This document shows, piece by piece, positions 12,601 to 24,155 of a DNA stretch of 32,323 nucleotides. Positions within the stretch are counted from its first letter, which is position 1. Each line of letters begins with the position of its first letter. This stretch comes from Oscillospiraceae bacterium (GTDB lineage Bacteria; Bacillota; Clostridia; Oscillospirales; Ruminococcaceae), in contig JAIRWE010000107.1 of the NCBI GenBank assembly GCA_031253365.1, positions 1 through 32,323 on the forward strand, written 5' to 3'. Made by a program: the position numbers and the translations under genes. A model generated the notes under the pieces. That model ran no database searches, had not been told where the DNA came from, and saw only the letters and a program-made list of their open reading frames with translations.

Positions 12601-13511
12601 ACCCATTCGATGTTATTGACCCATTTGTCCCTCGGGTAATTTCGCGCAAGCGTGCTTTCGCTTTCCACAAACAACATCTCTATATATTCGGAGCCGGTAA
12701 GCGTTTCGACGGTTTTGTAACCGCTTTTCCTGCGCTTGATATTCAGCGGGACAATAATTTCCTCATAATCCTTGCGGCTGATTTCCGTGTTCTCCGCGAA
12801 CGACGCTTCTTGTTTGGTATAGCCCGATTCCTCGTTTATGCCTTCCGGGAACAGCGTTATAATGCGAAACCGCTTGGCGAGATAATCCTCTATTTTTTCT
12901 TCCGTCAAGCCCGTTATCAGCGCGAAATCCCTTTTGTTGGCCAAAATATACTCGTCATAGCGGTAATTGCCGTATTCGGAAAGCAATTCCTTAACCGCCT
13001 CAGCGCCCATTTTGGCAAAAAAATCGTCCTCGTACCGCTCCTTCATATCCACATATTCTTTTTCGGAAAGGAGCTGCGCCTTTGAAAGCGTGGTACGCCC
13101 GTTGTCTATAACCACATACTTGGTAAAATAAAGCACCTCTTCCAGCCGTTTCGGGGAAACGTCAAGCACCTGCCCTATGCGCGAGGGCGTTCCCCTGAAA
13201 TACCAGATGTGCGAAACGGGGGCGGCTAACTCGATATGCCCCATCCTTTCCCGGCGAACCTTGTTGCGGGTGACCTCGACGCCGCAGCGCTCGCATATCT
13301 TCCCCTTAAAACGAATACGCTTGTATTTGCCGCAATTACACTCCCAGTCCTTTTGCGGTCCGAATATCTTTTCGCAGAACAAGCCCTCACGCTCCGGCTT
13401 TTGCGTGCGGTAATTGATGGTTTCGGGGCGTTCGACCACGCCGTGGCTCCACCCGCGAATCTGCTTCGGGGAAGCGAGACCTATTTTCATGGAATTAAAC
13501 GCAGTAGCCAA
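9636..13511 (-). CDS. rpoC: RNA polymerase beta' subunit (with ~120 aa insertion)
   Basis: N-terminal Zn site (CNC...CERC), [18 protein letters not shown], catalytic NADFDGD, trigger loop [15 protein letters not shown] start at 13511 behind SD GGAGGTG. Confidence 0.99.
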   Translation of the reverse strand: MATAFNSMKIGLASPKQIRGWSHGVVERPETINYRTQKPEREGLFCEKIFGPQKDWECNCGKYKRIRFKGKICERCGVEVTRNKVRRERMGHIELAAPVSHIWYFRGTPSRIGQVLDVSPKRLEEVLYFTKYVVIDNGRTTLSKAQLLSEKEYVDMKERYEDDFFAKMGAEAVKELLSEYGNYRYDEYILANKRDFALITGLTEEKIEDYLAKRFRIITLFPEGINEESGYTKQEASFAENTEISRKDYEEIIVPLNIKRRKSGYKTVETLTGSEYIEMLFVESESTLARNYPRDKWVNNIEWVSRELKEQLQNTQQGQKRLKLLKRLDVIEAFRKSDACPEWMMLDVIPVIPPDIRPMVLLDGGRFATSDLNDLYRRVINRNNRLYKMIELRAPEIIIRNEKRMLQEAVDALIDNGRHGRPVTGPSNRPLKSLSDMLKGKQGRFRQNLLGKRVDYSGRSVIVVGPDLKMDQCGLPKEMAIELFKPFVMKELVKRGKAANIKNARKMVERTKDDVWDVLEDVIKDHPVLLNRAPTLHRLGIQAFSPVLVEGRALKLHPLVCTAYNADFDGDQMAVHLPLSDEARNEAKTLMLAAKNLLKPSDGRPVVVPTQDMVLGSYYLTVDENDLKESADKTENGESGLKVFRDSDEALMAYGEGIISLHSTIKVRVTKEINEERRSKIITTTAGRIIFNEHIPQNLGFVDRSDPERALDLEISFKVGKSQLEQIIDKCIKIHGTSVTAKVLDKIKALGFKYSTKAAITVAVSDASIPEKKKKILEEADSKVEEINGYFNQGFISNHERKDAVLKVWSSATAEVSDALKDNLKKSNPIYMMADSGARGSINQIRQLAGMRGLIANTSGETIEIPIRSNYREGLNILEYFISSRGARKGLADTALRTADSGYLTRRLVDVSQEVIIRTDDCCTENGIDVYEIREGKELIEPLEERLKGRFLVEDFEDEAGNIVVPNTRLIKDEDAQYIANSGVKSVKIRSVLTCEARHGVCAKCYGASLADGQPIKIGEAVGIIAAQSIGEPGTQLTMRTFHTGGIVSAEDITQGLPRVEELFESRRPKSSAIMSRIAGTVKVEEIKKTRHITVTADDGTAESYSVPFGYRLKVDEGDRIDAGDPITEGSVNPHDVLSVKGEQAVQNYIIAEVQKVYRLQGVDINDKHIEVIVRQMMRKVRIENPGDSYLLPTSAIDKNEVVRINADLDERKKRGEKIEHPTYSPLLLGITKASLATDSFLSAASFQETTRVLTEAAIHGKVDPLLGLKENVIIGKLIPAGTGMASRDEI

Positions 13512-13571
13512 TTCAGCACCTCCGGTCAATAATCAACGGCGCGAACGCGCGTCGCCGCCATCTTGTCGGTA

Positions 13572-16500
13572 TCAGTCGGAATCCGTTTTTTCGTCGTCTT
13601 TCTCGTCGTCAAAGTCTTCTTCTTCATCGTCGTCGTCGTCATAATCGTCGTCTTCATCGTCGTCGGTGAAAAAGTCGCTTTCCTCAATATCGCCCGTAAT
13701 ATAATTTTCGGCAAGCTCGGCGTCGTCCGCGACATAATCGAAATCATCCGCGCTGACGACCCCCGTTTCCTCCTCCTCGTCGAAGGTTTGCTTCAAATCT
13801 ATTTCGTTCTCGCCGTCGTCAAGGACTTTCACGTCCAGACCCAGCGACTGCAATTCCTTGATAAGCACCTTGAAACTTTCGGGAATACCCGCTTTGGGAA
13901 CGCTGTCGCCTTTGACGATGGCCTCATAGGTTTTCACGCGGCCCACTATGTCGTCGGACTTAACCGTGAGTATTTCCTGCAAGGTGTACGCCGCTCCGTA
14001 GGCTTCGAGCGCCCATACCTCCATTTCGCCGAATCGCTGACCGCCGAACTGCGCCTTACCGCCGAGCGGCTGTTGCGTTACCAGCGAATACGGGCCGGTG
14101 GAACGCGCGTGAATCTTGTCGTCGACAAGATGATGCAGTTTAAGGTAATACATATACCCGACCGTGACGGGGCTGTCAAATTTCTCCCCCGTGCGCCCGT
14201 CTATAAGTTCCGTCTTGGCGTGACCCGGCAGCCCCGCTTTTTCGAGGCAGTCCAAAACGTCCTGCTCCGTCGCCCCGTCAAATACCGGCGACATGATTTT
14301 CCAGCCTAACTTTTTCGCCGCCCATCCCAAATGGACTTCAAGCACCTGCCCGATATTCATACGGCTGGGAACGCCCAGCGGGTTAAGCACGATGTCAAGC
14401 GGCGTTCCGTCTTCCGGCATGAACGGCATATCCTCCTGCGGGAGTATGCGCGAAACGACGCCCTTGTTCCCGTGCCGCCCCGCCATCTTGTCGCCCACGG
14501 AAACCTTACGCTTTTGCGCGACGTAACAGCGCACCACTTTTATGACGCCGGGCGGAAGCTCCTCGCAGTTGTCGCGGTCGAACACCTTAACGTCCACGAC
14601 GATGCCGCTTTCGCCGTGAGGGACTTTAAGCGAGTTGTCGCGTACTTCGCGGGCTTTTTCCCCGAAGATGGCGCGCAGGAGTTTTTCCTCCGACGTCAAT
14701 TCCGTTTCGCCCTTCGGCGTCACCTTGCCCACCATTATGTCGCCGGACTGCACCTCCGCGCCTATACGGATAATTCCGCGCTCGTCAAGGTCTTTGAGCG
14801 CCTCCTCGCCGAGGTTCGGAATATCGCGGGTTATATCCTCCGGACCCAGTTTGGTGTCGCGGCATTCAAGCTCGTATTCCTCTATGTGAATGGACGTAAA
14901 AACGTCGTTGTAAACCAGCTTCTCGTTTATGAGGACGGCGTCTTCGTAGTTATAGCCTTCCCATGTCATAAAGCCGATTAACACGTTTTTCCCGAGGGAA
15001 ATCTCGCCGCAGTTCGTGGCGGGACCGTCGGCGATTATATCGCCTTTTTTCACCTTATCCCCTTTTTCGACGATAGGCTTTTGATTTATGCAGGTCCCCT
15101 GATTGGAACGCTTGAATTTTGTCAGCTCGTATACCGTCTCTTCTTCTTTTTCGTCGGTAATTATTATCTCGTCGGCGGTAACGGAAGTGACCTCTCCGTC
15201 CTTTTCCGCCGTCAGTATAACGCCGGAATCCATCGCCGCCTTAAATTCCATTCCCGTTCCGATTATGGGCGATTCCGTCACCATGAGCGGCACCGCCTGC
15301 CGCTGCATATTCGCGCCCATGAGCGCGCGGTTGGCGTCGTCGTTTTCAAGGAAGGGAATCATCGCGGTCGCCACGGACACAACCATCTTCGGGGAAACGT
15401 CCATGTACTCCACGCGTTCCCGCTCAACCTCAAGAATTTCATCCTGGTATCTGCCCGTGACGCGCGCGCGCGCGAAACGACCCTGCTCGTCCAGCGGTTC
15501 GTTTGCCTGCGCTATGGTATAAATGTCCTCGACGTCGGCGGCCATGTAGACGACTTCGTCAAGCACCACGCCGGTTTCTTTATCGACCTTCCTGTAAGGC
15601 GCCTCGATAAAGCCGTACTCGTTGATTTTCGCGAACGACGCCAAATAGGATATAAGCCCGATATTCGGTCCTTCCGGAGTTTCAATCGGACACATTCTGC
15701 CGTAATGGGAATAGTGTACGTCCCGAACCTCAAACCCGGCGCGTTCGCGCGATAATCCGCCGGGACCGAGAGCCGAAAGCCTGCGTTTATGCGTAAGCTC
15801 GGCGAGAGGATTGTTTTGGTCCATGAACTGGGAAAGCGGCGACGAACCGAAAAATTCTTTTATGGCAGCGACGACGGGACGAATGTTAATCAGGGAATTG
15901 GGGGAAACGTTTTCCATGTCCTGCGCCTGCAAGCCCATTCTCTCGCGGATTACGCGCTCCATTCTCGCGAAGCCTATGCGGAACTGATTTTGAAGCAGCT
16001 CGCCCACCGAACGTATACGGCGATTCCCGAGGTGGTCAATATCGTCAATCGTTCCCACGCCTTCGCAAAGGTTGATGAAATAACTCACCGAGGCGAAAAC
16101 GTCGTCAAGGGTGATGTGCCTGGGAACCAGCCTGTCCGCGTTTTCTTTCAGACTCGCCGCGAAATCCCCCTTCTTCCCGCCGGCTTCGAGAATACCCCTC
16201 AGCACGGGGAAGGATACCTTTTCGTTAATTCCGCAGGCGACGGGGTCAACCCCCTTGGGGAGATAAGGTCTTATATCGACCATGCCGTTGCCGACGACCT
16301 TCACGGCTTTGCCGTCAACGTCGAGCAAAACTTCCATAACTCCCGCCTGCTCTATTTCCCTTGCCGTGTCAAGTTTAATCAAAACACCCGCTTCAAGTAT
16401 AAGCTCGCCCGTAAGCGGATTTATCACGGGCGCGCCGGTTTTGTGTCCCGTAATCCTTGACGCCACACCGAGTTTTTTATTGTATTTGTATCTGCCGAAG

Positions 16501-17312
16501 CGCGACAGGTCATACCGTTTCGCGTCAAAAAACAGCGTGTTAAGATGATTTTGAGCCGATTCAACCGTGGGCGGCTCACCGGGGCGAAGTTTCTTATAGA
16601 CCTCCAACAACGCTTCTTCGGTATTTTTGGTCGAATCCTTCTGCGTGATTGTCTGGTAAAGCCGCTCGTCCTCCCCGAACAAATCGGAAATATCGTCGTC
16701 CGTACCCTTCCCCAAGGCGCGGATTAGGGTCGTGGCGGGGAATTTCCTGTTTTTGTCAATACGGACGTAGAACACGTCGTTTGAATCCATTTCGTATTCC
16801 AACCAGGCGCCCCTGTTCGGAATGACGGTCGTCTTGAACAGCTTTTTGCCCGTTTTGTCATAATCGAAACCGTAATACACCCCCGGCGAACGCACAAGCT
16901 GCGAAACGATTACGCGTTCGGCGCCGTTGATAACAAACGTACCCGAATCGGTCATCAGCGGGAAATCCCCCATGAAAATCTCGTTTTCGACGACCTCGCC
17001 CGTTTCCTCGTTTTTGAGATGAACCATAACCTTAAGCGGCGCGGCGTAGGTAACGTCGCGCTCTTTACATTCGCTGATGGTGTATTTAGGTTTGTCGTCA
17101 AGCCGATAATTTATAAAACTCAGGGACAGCTTTCCGTTTGAATCGGTAATCGGCGAAACATCCGCGAACACCTCCCTGATTCCCACGTCCAGAAACCACT
17201 TGTACGAGTTTTTCTGCACCTCGATTAAGTTGGGCATTTCAAGCACCTCGTTAATCCTGGAAAAGCTCATTCTCGTGGTTTTCCCAAGTTGTACCGGTTT
17301 AACGTTAACCAT
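13572..17312 (-). CDS. rpoB: RNA polymerase beta subunit
   Basis: [67 protein letters not shown] 17312 behind SD AAGGAGG. Confidence 0.99.
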   Translation of the reverse strand: MVNVKPVQLGKTTRMSFSRINEVLEMPNLIEVQKNSYKWFLDVGIREVFADVSPITDSNGKLSLSFINYRLDDKPKYTISECKERDVTYAAPLKVMVHLKNEETGEVVENEIFMGDFPLMTDSGTFVINGAERVIVSQLVRSPGVYYGFDYDKTGKKLFKTTVIPNRGAWLEYEMDSNDVFYVRIDKNRKFPATTLIRALGKGTDDDISDLFGEDERLYQTITQKDSTKNTEEALLEVYKKLRPGEPPTVESAQNHLNTLFFDAKRYDLSRFGRYKYNKKLGVASRITGHKTGAPVINPLTGELILEAGVLIKLDTAREIEQAGVMEVLLDVDGKAVKVVGNGMVDIRPYLPKGVDPVACGINEKVSFPVLRGILEAGGKKGDFAASLKENADRLVPRHITLDDVFASVSYFINLCEGVGTIDDIDHLGNRRIRSVGELLQNQFRIGFARMERVIRERMGLQAQDMENVSPNSLINIRPVVAAIKEFFGSSPLSQFMDQNNPLAELTHKRRLSALGPGGLSRERAGFEVRDVHYSHYGRMCPIETPEGPNIGLISYLASFAKINEYGFIEAPYRKVDKETGVVLDEVVYMAADVEDIYTIAQANEPLDEQGRFARARVTGRYQDEILEVERERVEYMDVSPKMVVSVATAMIPFLENDDANRALMGANMQRQAVPLMVTESPIIGTGMEFKAAMDSGVILTAEKDGEVTSVTADEIIITDEKEEETVYELTKFKRSNQGTCINQKPIVEKGDKVKKGDIIADGPATNCGEISLGKNVLIGFMTWEGYNYEDAVLINEKLVYNDVFTSIHIEEYELECRDTKLGPEDITRDIPNLGEEALKDLDERGIIRIGAEVQSGDIMVGKVTPKGETELTSEEKLLRAIFGEKAREVRDNSLKVPHGESGIVVDVKVFDRDNCEELPPGVIKVVRCYVAQKRKVSVGDKMAGRHGNKGVVSRILPQEDMPFMPEDGTPLDIVLNPLGVPSRMNIGQVLEVHLGWAAKKLGWKIMSPVFDGATEQDVLDCLEKAGLPGHAKTELIDGRTGEKFDSPVTVGYMYYLKLHHLVDDKIHARSTGPYSLVTQQPLGGKAQFGGQRFGEMEVWALEAYGAAYTLQEILTVKSDDIVGRVKTYEAIVKGDSVPKAGIPESFKVLIKELQSLGLDVKVLDDGENEIDLKQTFDEEEETGVVSADDFDYVADDAELAENYITGDIEESDFFTDDDEDDDYDDDDDEEEDFDDEKDDEKTDSD

Positions 17313-17386
17313 AGGCTTTTTCCTCCTTGTGTTACGAACGCGGACTCCGACGGCGCGCACCGTCTTATTTATGGGTACAATATATC

Positions 17387-17415
17387 ATTATATTACCGAT
17401 TATACTTTTTGTCAA
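17387..17415 (-). promoter_or_regulatory. rpoBC promoter
   Basis: Perfect consensus: TTGACA (17415-17410), 17 bp spacer, TATAAT (17392-17387). A-tracts upstream. Confidence 0.9.
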
Positions 17416-17470
17416 GCGTTTTCACGATTTTTACCCAAGGAATTTTTATATTTTTTTTCGGAACTGCCCG

Positions 17471-20428
17471 TCATTTCAAATAATTGCCGAGCATCGCCAT
17501 AATTTCGCCGAAATCGAGCGGTTTTCCGATGTGTCCGTTCATACCCGCTTGAAGGCATTTTTCAATATCTTCGGTGAAGGTGTTTGCCGTCATCGCTATA
17601 ATGGGAACGGTTTTTGCGTTCGGAACGGGGAGCGCGCGTATGCTCCGCGTCGCGTCGTAGCCGTCCATTTCGGGCATCTGTACGTCCATGAAAATCATTT
17701 CGTATTCATCCGGCGACTCACCGAACATACGCAGCGCCTCCAAGCCGTTTTCGGCGCAGTCTATTTTCAAAAGCGTGTGTTCGAGCAGCGACGCCACTAT
17801 TTCGCGGTTAATCTCAACGTCTTCCGCGAGCAGTATCCTGCGCCCCGCAAACTGATTTACGGAAATTTGAACCGTTTCCTCGGAGTTTTGGACGTTCGTG
17901 CCTTCCCCGCGTTTTACCCGAACGGTGAAGATAAAGGAGGCGCCCTCGCCGAGCGCGGATTCAATCCTGATATCTCCGCCCATCATTTCCACTATCCGCT
18001 TGGAAATGGCAAGCCCCAACCCCGTGCCGCCGTATTTGCGCGTGGTGCTGCTTTCCGCCTGACGGAACGGCTGGAAAAGGCGCGCTTGCTGTTCGGGGCT
18101 TATACCGATGCCGGAATCCGTTACGGTTATCTTTATTACGCACACGCCGTCGTTTTCTTCCGTCAAAGAGGCGTCCAAAAGGATAAACCCCTCTTCCGGC
18201 GTGAATTTCACGGCGTTTCCCAGAATGTTGGTGATGACCTGCGACAGCCTTTGCTCGTCCCCCGCGAGGGTTTCGGGTATGTTTTCGTCAATCCGCAGAT
18301 TCAATTTCTGCCGTTTTTCCTCTATGCGCAAACTGACGATATTAACGACTTTTTTAAGCGTTTTTTCAAAATTAAACTCGGACGGCGACAATTCAATCTT
18401 ACCCGTTTCGATTTTTGACATATCCAGTATATCGTTTATGACCCCGAGGAGATGCCCGGACGCTTCCTCTATGCGCCGCAGGCAATAGTTTTTGCGGTCC
18501 AAATCGCCGGCGGATTTGCCTATGTTTGTCATGCCGATTATGGCGTTGAGCGGGGTACGGATTTCGTGGCTCATGTTGGCAAGAAACTCGGATTTATAGC
18601 GGCTGGTCTGTTCCGCGAGTTCCTTGGCGGCAATCAGCTCGGCTTCGAGCGCGCGGGTTTCGGTAAGGTCGATACCTATGGCGGCGACAATCGAATCCTT
18701 TATGGCGAAGCTGTTTATGTCAAGAATACGCCTGCGCCCGTCCTTGCTTTTCAGGTGAACCTCGTGGCTCGCGCCCCCTGAAAGCGCCATCGGAATAAAC
18801 ATATTTTTAATGTCGTTGACTTCTTCCTCGTCGAAAATAAGGCTCATTCCCCCGGCGATAATCTCGCTTTCCGTGTAGCCGGTAAGAGCCGCGATAGCGG
18901 GGTTCGCGTAGGCGAGGCTGCCGTCTTGAAGGGCGTATACTATGCTTACGGGAGCGTTTTCGACTATGGAAGTTTGCAGTTCCATGGTCTTTTGCTCAAA
19001 AACGCCGGACAGGATACTGGCGAACAGCGTCGAAAGGCTTATTTCGCTGTCGCTCCAATTTTTGCCGCCCCCCTCCCTTGAAAAGTCAATCACCGCGTAC
19101 ATTTTACCTTTGACGAATATGGGCGTGGTTATATAGTTTTCAAAGCTGACGCGGTACGGCGCCAAGGTTTCTTTGATTTCGGGGTCGTTGGAGTGAAGGC
19201 AGGCGTCTTTCCCCACGCCGGGCTTTAACCCGGCAATAAACGAGTACATTTTGTCGCCGAGCGGCATTTTTCCGCCTATGCGCGACGAAAGCCCGAGTTC
19301 GGGCTTTATGTACTCGTTGGCGCAAACGAGGGTATACCCGTCGTCTTCAAGCAGGAAAAGCAGCGCCTGCGGGATTCGCATAAATTCCCCAATCATGCGA
19401 AGCGTGTCCGTAATCAGCGCGTCCGTATCCGAGTCTGACAAAAAGCGGCGCGATATGTCCGCCATCAACCTTTGCTGTTCAAGTTCTTTCTCTATTTCAA
19501 GGGAATAGGCGCGTCCCGTCCTCCCGGAAATGACCATGGAAATCATCGCCGCGATTATTCCGCCGAAAGCCGCCAGGACGATTAAATAACCCATGACGCG
19601 CTGTCTTTCGAGCGAGGTTCCTATATCGACCCCCGTGAACAAAATACCGACGACCTCCCCGTCGGTTATAATCGGGGAATAGCACGCCGCGTACATTTTG
19701 CCGAAAAGGTTGAGTTCGACTATGTGTTTGTTCCTCTGACCGAGTACGGTCTCCGTCACGTCGTTCGGGGCGTCGGTTCCCACCATGCGACTGCCGGAAA
19801 AATCGGTTACGGTGGTGCTTATGCGCAGGTTGTTCTGGAAAACCGTAGCCTCGCAGCCCGTCCGTTATTTGAATGTGTCCACATAATCGTTTTTTGAAAG
19901 GTCAAAGCCGCAGTTCACAATGAATATCAGCGCGTCGCCGTCGTAAACCGGCGTGCTTGAACTTACGGAGAGAAAACCCGTGACCGGGTCGACCGAAACC
20001 GCGCCCGCGGCGAAGCCCGTTTGCAGAACGACCGAAATGTTCGTGTGGGCGGAAATGCCGCCAATTCCCGAAAGACCGCCGTCGGTTCTGAAAACCATGG
20101 CTCCGTCGGGGTCGTATATGCTCACATAATCCACACCCGGCGCCAAACCGGTCAAATCATTTTTAAGAGCGTCATATTTCCCGTTTTTGAGGGAATTTAC
20201 AATGTTTACATCGTTGACTATCACGTCCGACCACTGCAAAGCCCGTTCTTCAAGCTCGCCCAAATAATTGACGAAAGAGCGGTTCGCCGTGTCCGCCTGT
20301 TTCAGCGTAAGCTCCGAAATCATATACCCGGTTTCAAACTGGACTATCAGGATAACGGCTCCCAAGGTGACGATAAACACAAATACGAGAAGAAAATAGG
20401 CTCTGTTCTTTCTTTTTTTCACAGACAT
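17471..20428 (-). pseudogene. Hybrid sensor histidine kinase/response regulator (TM-Cache-Cache-TM-GAF-PAS-HisKA-HATPase-REC) interrupted by one in-frame TAA
   Basis: ORFs 19865-20428 and 17471-19786 are in the same frame. Reading through TAA (19867-19865) gives VDTFK*RTGCEATVFQNNLRISTTVTDFSGSRMVGT, a continuous Cache_3-type motif. H-box FLANMSHEIRTPLN, N-box NILGNAVKFT, G-boxes, and receiver IFMDVQMPEMDG are present. Confidence 0.82.
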
Positions 20429-20508
20429 GGAATACCTTCCTTATAAAGCGGTCTCCCGAAAATCCCGTCCCGGCGATTGGCGGGGGATTGCCGCGATAAC
20501 ACACCGTA

Positions 20509-20537
20509 AATATAGCATATTATCAGGTGAATGTCAA
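20509..20537 (-). promoter_or_regulatory. sigma-A promoter of the hybrid kinase gene
   Basis: TTGACA (20537-20532, overlapping the permease TGA stop), 17 bp spacer, TATATT (20514-20509) with extended TG. Confidence 0.7.
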
Positions 20538-23431
20538 TCCACCGATTTCAGCGATTCCGCCATATTCACTTTTTTCAGATAAAAATGCATAAACACCGAC
20601 ACGATTAACGAAAACGCTGTTGTCACCGCCGCCGCGAAAACAAAACTCAGCGGGGAAATGTTCCTCCCGAACATAACGTCGTTCACCTCCGCCGTCTGAA
20701 CGACGTAACGTGACAGCCCCACCCCCGAAAACAGCCCCAACGCCGTTCCGAGCAGCGTAAGGAACAGATTCTCGCGGAAAATGTACATATCCACTTCCAA
20801 ATCATAAAAACCGAGTACCTTTAAGGTGGATATTTCGCGGATACGCTCATGGATGTTTATGTTGGTCAGGTTGTAAAGCACGATTACGGAAAGCGCGCCC
20901 GCCGCGGCTATAAGTATGACGATTACCGTGTTAAGCGTGTTTATCATTTCCTCAAATCCGCCCGCGAAGTCGCTGATGTAAACCGTGGATAAAGCGAGGT
21001 TTTCTTCCAGCAGACGGCTTGCCATTTCATCCTGCTTTTCGGGAGCGCCGCCTTTGAAGAAAACGGAGCCGTATTGCGGTTCTTCCCCGAATAACTCATA
21101 GTAAACGCCTTCGGTCATGCGCAGATAATGCCAAGCGTAATTTTCGGAAACGCCGCCGATTTTAACCGCGACGCTTTCGGTTTCGGATTTGCGGAGCGCC
21201 GCCGCGCCGCCGCTTTGAACGCCGAGAAGTTTTGCCGCCTTTTCGGTTATGACCGTGCCGCACCGGCTTAAATCGTATTCTTCCCCGCTTGTCCGATTAC
21301 GCATAAGGAAATAATCGCCCGCCCTCTCGGCGTCTTTTACGACGACGATTTCCAGTTCGACGCTTTTCCCGCCGTTTTCGCACGACATAACCCTTTCGTA
21401 AGCGTAGAGGGTTTCGCAACCGTACTCGTCGTAAACCGCGTTCAGCTTTTCCGCGTCCGATTCGCTCATTTCCGGGTCGATTACCGAATACCCCGAATAC
21501 ATGGCGATTTTCCCGAATTGCAGCTTCGCGACGTCGCCTATGCAGTCCCTGAGCGCGAACCCCGTAAGCGTCAGGGCCGTGCAACCCGCAATCCCGATTA
21601 ACGTCATAAGCATACGCTGCTTATACCGGAAAATATTCCTGAACGTGACCTTGTCCGAAAAACTTATGCGCTCCCAGATAAAGCCTATTCTTTCGAGGAA
21701 TACGCGCCTGCCCTTGCGGGGGGCTTTCGGGCGCATCAGCGAGGCGGGGCGCTCCGAAAGCGCCTTCCTTATCGAAAGCAGCACCACCGCCGCGATTAAA
21801 CCGCCCGCCGTGAACATCGAAACCAAAGACAGGCTCAGGTCGTAGGGCGCGGTTATGTCGGGGAAGTTATACATCATCTGATACGCCGTGATAATTACGC
21901 GGGGGAACATCTTCATCCCGAACAGCAACCCGCCCGCGCTTCCCAAAACCGCCGCGCTCACCGCGTAGAGCATATACTTGAACATAATCACGCCGTTGCC
22001 GTAACCCAACGCTTTGAACAAGCCCACCTGAATCCTTTGTTCCTCCACCATTCGCGTTACGGTGGTGGAACACACAAGCGCGGCGACAAGCAGAAAAAAT
22101 ACGGGGAACGCCTTCGCGATATTCCCTATTCTGTCGGCGTTTTCCCCGTATTCGGCGTAACCCGGGTACCCGTCGCGGTTGAATACATACCAAACCGGTT
22201 CTTCCAAATCCGCCAAATCGCGTTTCGCCTGATTTATTTTCTCCTCGGCTTCGGCGAAACCTTCGTCCGCCTCCCGCGAGGCTTTTTCGTAATCCGCCGA
22301 CCCCGACCCGTATTCCGCCAAACCTTCCTCATATTCGGCGATTCCGCCGTCTAACGCGGCGCGCCCTTTTTCATATTCCGACCAACCGTAATCCAGCGCC
22401 GCGCGTTCCCCCGCCAACATTTCCTCCCCGTAAACGGCGGCCGCCCGCTCATATTCGGCTTCCCCCGCGAGTAACGCCGCCAGGGTTTCGTCAAGCGTCG
22501 CCTCCCCCTCGTCTATGTCGGCTTTGGCTTTATCCAATTCAGCCTTCGCGTCGTCAAGCCGCTTCTTCGCGTCGGATAACTCCGCCGTCGCTTTTTCCTT
22601 CGCGTCGTTTAATTCGCTTTCGGCTTTTTTTATTTCCTCTTCGGCTTGCGCCGTAATCCCGTTCAGCCGTTCGGCGGAACGCCGCCTTCCGGCTTCCTCC
22701 AAAGTTTCCTCAATCCGTTCGGCGGCGGCTTTGTACCCGTCGGAATAACCGTTAAACTCGCGCAATTCGTCGAGCCGCAAATACACTTCCGTGTAAAATT
22801 CATACTTGAAATTATCGGCGGGAATAAATACGGCGAACTGTATCTGCCCGTTACCCACCACGGTGTACCCGCGAGCGTCGTCATTCGGATAAAGCGGGGT
22901 GCGGCAAACCCCCGTAACGGTAAAAACGTCGTTTTTCAGGAACTCGCCGATATCGCCGTCACTGTCGCCGTGTATTAACGTGATTTCCTCGCCGATAACG
23001 GCGGTGTCCGTATACTCCCTTCCGTCGACCATACATTCGTCCGCTTTTTCCGGTAACCGCCCCTCGATAATTTCAATTTTATTCAACGACGAATCTCCGT
23101 CGGGGATTGACATAACGCGAACGACGCTTTCGCCGTCCTCTTTTTGTAAAATCAAATCCGAAAAATACGAAGGGTATATTTTCCCGCCGTAACCGAGGCT
23201 TTCGAGCGCGGCGACGTCGTCCCCGTCAAATCCGAACGTTGAAACAATCCGAAAATCCGACAGCTCCAGCCTGTTGTAATAGTTCTCCGCGGATCGGCGC
23301 ATATCGTCGGGCGACGCCGTTATTCCCGTAAAAAACCCCACTCCGAGAGCCATTATCGCGAAAATCGACAAGTAGCGCGCAAACGACGCTTTTATTTCCC
23401 TGACGGCGTTTTTAATTACGGTTTTGTTCAT
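20534..23431 (-). CDS. ABC transporter permease, MacB/FtsX-like, with two FtsX domains and a long coiled coil
   Basis: N-terminal TM (RYLSIFAIMALGVGFF), two FtsX signatures (RMVEEQRIQVGLFKALGY and NIHERIREISTLKVLGF), and an A/E/K/D-rich heptad stretch in the extracytoplasmic domain. Confidence 0.9.
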   Translation of the reverse strand: MNKTVIKNAVREIKASFARYLSIFAIMALGVGFFTGITASPDDMRRSAENYYNRLELSDFRIVSTFGFDGDDVAALESLGYGGKIYPSYFSDLILQKEDGESVVRVMSIPDGDSSLNKIEIIEGRLPEKADECMVDGREYTDTAVIGEEITLIHGDSDGDIGEFLKNDVFTVTGVCRTPLYPNDDARGYTVVGNGQIQFAVFIPADNFKYEFYTEVYLRLDELREFNGYSDGYKAAAERIEETLEEAGRRRSAERLNGITAQAEEEIKKAESELNDAKEKATAELSDAKKRLDDAKAELDKAKADIDEGEATLDETLAALLAGEAEYERAAAVYGEEMLAGERAALDYGWSEYEKGRAALDGGIAEYEEGLAEYGSGSADYEKASREADEGFAEAEEKINQAKRDLADLEEPVWYVFNRDGYPGYAEYGENADRIGNIAKAFPVFFLLVAALVCSTTVTRMVEEQRIQVGLFKALGYGNGVIMFKYMLYAVSAAVLGSAGGLLFGMKMFPRVIITAYQMMYNFPDITAPYDLSLSLVSMFTAGGLIAAVVLLSIRKALSERPASLMRPKAPRKGRRVFLERIGFIWERISFSDKVTFRNIFRYKQRMLMTLIGIAGCTALTLTGFALRDCIGDVAKLQFGKIAMYSGYSVIDPEMSESDAEKLNAVYDEYGCETLYAYERVMSCENGGKSVELEIVVVKDAERAGDYFLMRNRTSGEEYDLSRCGTVITEKAAKLLGVQSGGAAALRKSETESVAVKIGGVSENYAWHYLRMTEGVYYELFGEEPQYGSVFFKGGAPEKQDEMASRLLEENLALSTVYISDFAGGFEEMINTLNTVIVILIAAAGALSVIVLYNLTNINIHERIREISTLKVLGFYDLEVDMYIFRENLFLTLLGTALGLFSGVGLSRYVVQTAEVNDVMFGRNISPLSFVFAAAVTTAFSLIVSVFMHFYLKKVNMAESLKSVD

Positions 23432-23434
23432 TTG

Positions 23435-24136
23435 TCACCATTCTATTTCCTCAATCGGCGTGGGATTTTGATTTATAAGCTCCCTGCTTACCCTGCTGTT
23501 TTTCAGTTTGATTACCCTGTCCGCCATGGGCGCGATTGCCGAATTGTGCGTTACTATCACAATGGTGGTTTTATCGCGGCGGCAGGTGTCCCAAAGCAAT
23601 TTCAAAATCTTTTTCCCAGTGTCATAATCCAACGCGCCGGTGGGTTCGTCGCATAAAAGCAGTTTCGGCTTTTTCGCCAACGCGCGGGCGATGGCCACCC
23701 TTTGCTGTTCCCCGCCCGAAAGCTGAGAGGGGAAATTGGCGATTCGTTCGGTAAGCCCGACTTTTTCAAGGATTTCCTTGGCGGGAATAAAATCACGCAC
23801 GGTCTGCGCCGCCAATTCCACGTTTTCTTTCGCGGTGAGGTTCTGGACGAGGTTGTAAAACTGGAACACGAAACCCACGTCCTTCCTGCGATAGGAAATC
23901 ATCTCCCGCCGCGAATACTCGCTTATGTTCGCCCCGTCCACGAAAATGCCGCCTTTGTCGTTGACGTCTATCCCGCCCAGCAAATTCAGCACCGTCGTCT
24001 TCCCGGAACCGGACGGTCCCAGAATCACGGCAAGCTCGCCCTTTTCAACCGTGAAATTCACGCCGTCGGCGGCGCGTATTTCCATTTCGCCCATCTTATA
24101 TGTTTTCCTCACATCGGTAAACGCGATAAAACTCAT
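23435..24136 (-). CDS. ABC transporter ATP-binding protein (LolD/MacB-like)
   Basis: Walker [10 protein letters not shown]-loop [15 protein letters not shown], Walker [15 protein letters not shown]. Start ATG 24136 behind SD GGAGGT. Confidence 0.95.
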   Translation of the reverse strand: MSFIAFTDVRKTYKMGEMEIRAADGVNFTVEKGELAVILGPSGSGKTTVLNLLGGIDVNDKGGIFVDGANISEYSRREMISYRRKDVGFVFQFYNLVQNLTAKENVELAAQTVRDFIPAKEILEKVGLTERIANFPSQLSGGEQQRVAIARALAKKPKLLLCDEPTGALDYDTGKKILKLLWDTCRRDKTTIVIVTHNSAIAPMADRVIKLKNSRVSRELINQNPTPIEEIEW

Positions 24137-24155
24137 GGCAACCTCCGTTCGGTTT

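Noticed and set aside
12615-12974. Intein in RpoC
   Set aside because: No C/S at the start, no HN/HQ at the end and no LAGLIDADG motifs. Treated as a lineage-specific insertion.
15461-15474. (CG)7 dinucleotide run in rpoB
   Set aside because: Encodes Ala-Arg-Ala-Arg within an essential gene; likely a chance product of codon usage.
15820-15860. RpoB rifampicin cluster reads SSPLSQ rather than SSQLSQ
   Set aside because: As I recall, this variant is common in Oscillospiraceae. The key Rif-contact residues (Q513, D516, H526, S531 equivalents) are wild type.
19865-19867. Stop-codon recoding (Sec, Pyl or alternative genetic code) at the kinase TAA
   Set aside because: The codon is TAA, not TGA or TAG, and TAA terminates tuf and other genes in this window.
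22200-22660. Repetitive coiled-coil segment in the ABC permease
   Set aside because: Typical of this Firmicute MacB/FtsX-like permease family; not a DNA repeat array.
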